A DNA stretch of 22,388 nucleotides from a virus (Duplodnaviria; Heunggongvirae; Uroviricota; Caudoviricetes): IMG/VR virus record IMGVR_UViG_2778261036_000014; one strand, given 5' to 3'. This document shows positions 18,814-22,388 of the stretch, piece after piece. How positions within the stretch are numbered: position 1 is the stretch's first letter; each line of letters begins with the position of its first letter. The notes under the pieces are model-generated. The model saw nothing but the letters and a program-made list of their open reading frames with translations. It was not told where the DNA came from and searched no databases. A program made the position numbers and the translations under genes.

Positions 18814-19178
18814 GCACGGGCCTGTTCCGCTTTGTTACCGGTCTTTTTCCGGGGAGCATCCTGTCCGGCTTCGGCTTCGGCTTCGGCTTCGGCTTCGGCT
18901 AAATCTGTACCGGCCACTGCATGAACCACACCCGCCACGCTCCCCGCATCATCAGCAGACGTCTGTAGTATTCGCACAGTGAGGCATGGCTCCTCCTCCA
19001 GTCGGGCAAGCTGCTCCGGGGTGACCTCAACCTGCTGACGTCCACGCGTGAACAGGAACCCCGCACGACGAAACGCCGAACGACTGCAACGCACTTCTGC
19101 CAGCACCGTGACAGAATTGTCACCACTGACCTGAAGACCTGAATCATCTGTTGCTGCCACAGTGTGATGTTCATTCAT
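18810..19178 (-). CDS. Hypothetical head-associated protein (Mu gp35 position) with C-terminal (Ala-Glu)n repeat
   Basis: 122 aa immediately downstream of the major capsid gene; contains AEAEAEAEAEA encoded by a hexanucleotide tandem repeat. Confidence 0.5.
   Translation of the reverse strand: MNEHHTVAATDDSGLQVSGDNSVTVLAEVRCSRSAFRRAGFLFTRGRQQVEVTPEQLARLEEEPCLTVRILQTSADDAGSVAGVVHAVAGTDLAEAEAEAEAEAGQDAPRKKTGNKAEQARA
18867..18900. repeat. Tandem hexanucleotide repeat (GGCTTC) x5.5 inside a coding region
   Basis: Plus strand reads ggcttcggcttcggcttcggcttcggcttcggct; encodes (Glu-Ala)n on the minus strand. Confidence 0.85.
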
Positions 19179-19221
19179 ATTTGCCCTCCGCAGGGGCCGG
19201 GCCGTAAGCCCGGCTCACCGT

Positions 19222-20169
19222 TTACAGATAATCCGCGACAACCAGCTCCAGCTTACCCTTCATCTCGTTAGAGACGGTTGCGTTTCCGTCTGCGAACAGT
19301 TCACGCTCCAGCAGCTGCACCGCCTGTTTTTCCAGCGAGGTGGGGACAACAATATGGGTGGGTTTAATGCCGAGTTTGCGGCCACCGTCAGCGGTAAATT
19401 CGCGCATGGCTGACCAGCCGTGCCACAGTGCATCCAGCGTCAGCGGTGACTGCATCATGTAGGCCATCTGCCAGAAGCCGTAGCCCACATTGCGACGGGC
19501 GGATGCACCAAACACAAATTCGTTATCGGTGAATGCGCGACCTTCATCGACTTTGGTCTGGGCAACCAGTTCAGCCTTACGGCGATCCTGATAAATCAGC
19601 GGTTTTACCGCGCGGGAGCAGTCAAGCAGATACCAGGCCGGACCGCTGTAATCAGCCTGTGCGCCGACAGAGCCGGTTTTTGCCACAAACATATTGCTGA
19701 CCATCTGCGCATCCCCGGAGCCATCCACTTTGGGGTAAACCGGATGTTCGGTATCAAAGAAGTTCTGACCGTCATAGCAGGCCGCACTGATCCCGTCACG
19801 CAGGGCAGCAAAGACCAGCTCATCCGGTTGTACCGCCGCAGCGCGCCCCATCTCCTGGAACAACGGGGAATAAATACCGAGGTTGTCGTCTTCGAAGTCA
19901 TCGCGGCTAATGGCGACAGTGCCTTCAAAAGTTTTGTTCACGATGGCATAGCCATAGGCTTTCATCTTCTCGATGACGCGGGAGCCGATCCACTCACGGA
20001 ACTGCGGGAACTGCCCCAGCCAGCCGTAGGTGTTGGATTTCGATGTGGAGGGCACGGTCATCGCAATTTTTTTATACTGCGACGGGGCCATGGACATCCC
20101 GGCCTGAAAATCAGAACGGTAGCCCGTCATCAGGGCTGTGATCATCGCCGGTGTAATCGGGGTAGGCAT
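19222..20169 (-). CDS. T: Major capsid protein (Mu T-like)
   Basis: 315 aa; ...APSQYKKIAMTVPSTSKSNTYGWLGQFPQFREWIGSR...FEGTVAISRDDFEDDNLGIYSPLFQEMGRAAAVQPDELVF... closely matches my recollection of Mu T. Confidence 0.85.
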   Translation of the reverse strand: MPTPITPAMITALMTGYRSDFQAGMSMAPSQYKKIAMTVPSTSKSNTYGWLGQFPQFREWIGSRVIEKMKAYGYAIVNKTFEGTVAISRDDFEDDNLGIYSPLFQEMGRAAAVQPDELVFAALRDGISAACYDGQNFFDTEHPVYPKVDGSGDAQMVSNMFVAKTGSVGAQADYSGPAWYLLDCSRAVKPLIYQDRRKAELVAQTKVDEGRAFTDNEFVFGASARRNVGYGFWQMAYMMQSPLTLDALWHGWSAMREFTADGGRKLGIKPTHIVVPTSLEKQAVQLLERELFADGNATVSNEMKGKLELVVADYL

Positions 20170-21293
20170 TATTGCATTTCCTCTTTCATTTTCAGGAACT
20201 CGGCTTCGGTTTTACCCAGCAGTTTGGCGGCCGCGATATCTTCAGCCGACAGCGCAGCGGTGGCAGTCTTTTTATCCGGCACGGTCACGGTGTCGGTCTG
20301 AAGAGAGGTCAGGGCCGCAACCGGCTGGCGGGCGTCAAGCTGTGCAGAAAGTGCCGCAACGCCAATCTGCCCGCCCAGTTGTTCCAGATAGCCGCGTTCG
20401 CTTTTGAAGATGCGCCCTTCGGATTCAGCCTTGTCCAGCACCTGCTCCAGCGTGGTGCTGCCGTGCTGCGCCGACAGCGCAACGTATTCGGTACGCAGGG
20501 CGTTATACGTTTCAACGGGCACGTATTTCGTCAGATCAATAATGCCGCCAGCCGGTGTGCCTTTTGCGGTTTCCAGCTCTGCCGACAGACTGGCGACCTG
20601 TGTTTTCAGGTTGTCGTGTGCATCCGCACGGGTTTTGATCCCGGTGAGGGCAGACAGCGCCGCCGTGCCCAGCTCCGGCGTAAATTCGTCACCGTCAGCC
20701 ACGGTCAGACCGAGCGCCGTCAGCAACTGGCGTAATTGCTCATTCATGGAGGTATCCTTTAAAGGAGGGTTTAAGGCGTTATAAAGGTCATCCGCCGACA
20801 GCGCGGCGACAGGATTCATGCCGGTCAGACCGGGGTCACCGGTAATAGCCAGCATCCGAAGTTCGACAGGTTCGCCGGTGTTCTCGTCATAGCCAATCAC
20901 CGGTGAAAACCAGGGGAATTCGTTATTACGCAGATGTTCAAGGGCCGGAGGGTTCCACTTCGGGCGCACCTCGAAGCCACGCTCTTCACTGAAGCGAAAA
21001 TTCTCCGGTGAGGCCATCACAAAACCGGCAGCCGGTGCCTGATGCCCCTTAATCAGGGTCTGGTGGTTGTAGTCAATTTTCACCGGCTGATTGAGCGCCA
21101 CAACCCGGGATACCATGCGCTCAACGGTCGCACGGTTAATCAGCCAGCCCTCGGCCGGTTTTTCCGGGCGACCGTCACGGGCCTTTACCCGACCGGCTGG
21201 CATGATCTGACACCAGTCACCGTCCCCGTCTGCGGACAGGCTGATGGCATTCAGAATGGCATAAGCAAGTTTGGGCGTGTTTTTCGTCTTCAT
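20169..21293 (-). CDS. I: Head maturation protease / scaffold protein (Mu I-like)
   Basis: 374 aa immediately upstream of the major capsid gene with an overlapping stop/start, as in Mu I. Confidence 0.75.
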   Translation of the reverse strand: MKTKNTPKLAYAILNAISLSADGDGDWCQIMPAGRVKARDGRPEKPAEGWLINRATVERMVSRVVALNQPVKIDYNHQTLIKGHQAPAAGFVMASPENFRFSEERGFEVRPKWNPPALEHLRNNEFPWFSPVIGYDENTGEPVELRMLAITGDPGLTGMNPVAALSADDLYNALNPPLKDTSMNEQLRQLLTALGLTVADGDEFTPELGTAALSALTGIKTRADAHDNLKTQVASLSAELETAKGTPAGGIIDLTKYVPVETYNALRTEYVALSAQHGSTTLEQVLDKAESEGRIFKSERGYLEQLGGQIGVAALSAQLDARQPVAALTSLQTDTVTVPDKKTATAALSAEDIAAAKLLGKTEAEFLKMKEEMQ

Positions 21294-21436
21294 TCCGGCA
21301 GCATAAGCCGGGAATTTTCAGGGCGGGTTTTGCGGGATTTCAGGAAGTGCTTCCAGGGGAAAAATACAAAGGCGCTTCACGCAGATTTTAAAGCCCGTTA
21401 AATACAGGTTAGAAAATCACGACACGCGCCTGAAGG

Positions 21437-21461
21437 GGGTAAGGTAATGCATTTGCATACC
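21437..21461. promoter_or_regulatory. Dyad-symmetry element in the G-I intergenic region; candidate operator of a late promoter
   Basis: TAAGGTAATGCATTTGCATACCTTA: 7-bp outer inverted repeat TAAGGTA / TACCTTA around a palindromic core. Lies about 145 bp upstream of the I-like start in a 177-bp gap; Mu has a C-activated late promoter upstream of I. Confidence 0.3.
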
Positions 21462-21469
21462 TTAAACAA

Positions 21470-21943
21470 TTAAGGCGTTTCTGTGGCCTTTTTAAAGCGT
21501 TTTCTGATTTCGTCCATGATCTCCTGCTCTGCCACCTGATCAAAGCCCATATACGGGCGTGCGCCAATGGCCGCCGGTCCCGGTGGCATACCAGGCAGGC
21601 CACCCCACTGATGAATGGCCGCATAAGGCTCATTTGATCCAATCAGCGCCCAGGTATCGCCATAATCCGTGGTCAGGCGTCGGGCCAGATCGCCGTTCAG
21701 CGTCAGGATTTTGCCGGGCATGTATCCCTTACGGGTACGCCACTTGCGGTAAGGATCTGACCAGTCATGCCAGCGTTCGCCGTCCGGCTCTTTTTCCTGT
21801 TCAAACGCCATTTCTGACGATGACAGAAGACTCGCCGCCACACTGCGGGCCAGGTCTTTCCCTCCACCCACAAACTGAAGCCGGGCAAAGACCCGCTGGA
21901 GACGCGTAACGTCAACAACGACAGCGGCATCAATGGATGACAT
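21470..21943 (-). CDS. Mu G-like virion morphogenesis protein (gp31)
   Basis: 157 aa; GGAGG upstream of the ATG; position between the F-like and I-like genes. Confidence 0.65.
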   Translation of the reverse strand: MSSIDAAVVVDVTRLQRVFARLQFVGGGKDLARSVAASLLSSSEMAFEQEKEPDGERWHDWSDPYRKWRTRKGYMPGKILTLNGDLARRLTTDYGDTWALIGSNEPYAAIHQWGGLPGMPPGPAAIGARPYMGFDQVAEQEIMDEIRKRFKKATETP

Positions 21944-22064
21944 ATTGCCTCCGCATAAAGGATGAATATAAAATAAACAGGCGGTCAGTGTACGCTTAAC
22001 TGGTAAAGTCGGTGCCTGCCTCCGGGTGGATCATGTATGCGGGTTCAACCCCCGCCACTGACCG

Positions 22065-22388
22065 TTAATCAATATCTCCTTCCAGTACCTCAAGCATTCC
22101 ACCCCGGATATCCGATTTCAGCTTATCCATATTGATAACCCGGTAAGCATTCACAATCACATCCAGTTTATCCGGCTGACGCTTCAGGCTGTACGGCGCA
22201 TTAACGGCAATCTGCACACTGCTATCCTTACTTTCCACGATATACATCAGATTGTTGTGGCGTTTGTCCCACAGCACCGCTTTTGGCTTTGCCAGCATTG
22301 CCGGTAATCGACCGAAATCCTCCGGCGTCAGGGCGATACCGTCATTCTGATGTTTCATGCTGTCCGCATGGAGCACATTTTTACCGCT
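22065..22388 (-). CDS. C-terminal part of a Mu F-like minor head protein; gene continues beyond the window end
   Basis: Frame is open to the window edge; position upstream of the G-like gene. Confidence 0.55.
   Translation of the reverse strand, partial: SGKNVLHADSMKHQNDGIALTPEDFGRLPAMLAKPKAVLWDKRHNNLMYIVESKDSSVQIAVNAPYSLKRQPDKLDVIVNAYRVINMDKLKSDIRGGMLEVLEGDID

Noticed and set aside
18867-18900. CRISPR-like or other interspersed repeat array
   Set aside because: It is a simple hexanucleotide tandem repeat inside a coding region, with no spacers; no CRISPR array was recognised anywhere in the window.

Overview
This window appears to hold the right-hand ~21.4 kb of a Mu-like transposable prophage, read on the minus strand, inserted into the J (tail-tip host-specificity) gene of a lambdoid prophage. 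All calls rest on reading the supplied ORF translations and the DNA by eye and on recalled family features; no database search or computation was run. Running from coordinate 22388 down to ~1000 the order is: C-terminus of an F-like head protein, G, I (protease/scaffold), T (major capsid), four small head-completion genes, a small sheath-proximal ORF, tail sheath, tail tube, a chaperone-like ORF, tape measure, N-like protein, baseplate genes, DUF2313-like protein, tail fibre, a Pin/Gin-type invertible tail-fibre segment flanked by gix-like sites, the pin invertase, a ~3.3 kb cargo region (NanS-like sialate O-acetylesterase plus three small uncharacterised ORFs), then com-mom and the prophage right end. 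The J fragment (3..995, + strand) matches lambda J closely and stops making sense at ~995. The most interesting items are the asymmetric invertible tail-fibre switch, the nested prophage-in-prophage insertion, and the cargo module between pin and com-mom, which canonical Mu lacks. No rRNA, tRNA or CRISPR array was recognised. Gene boundaries involving GTG/TTG starts and the exact prophage/J junction are uncertain.
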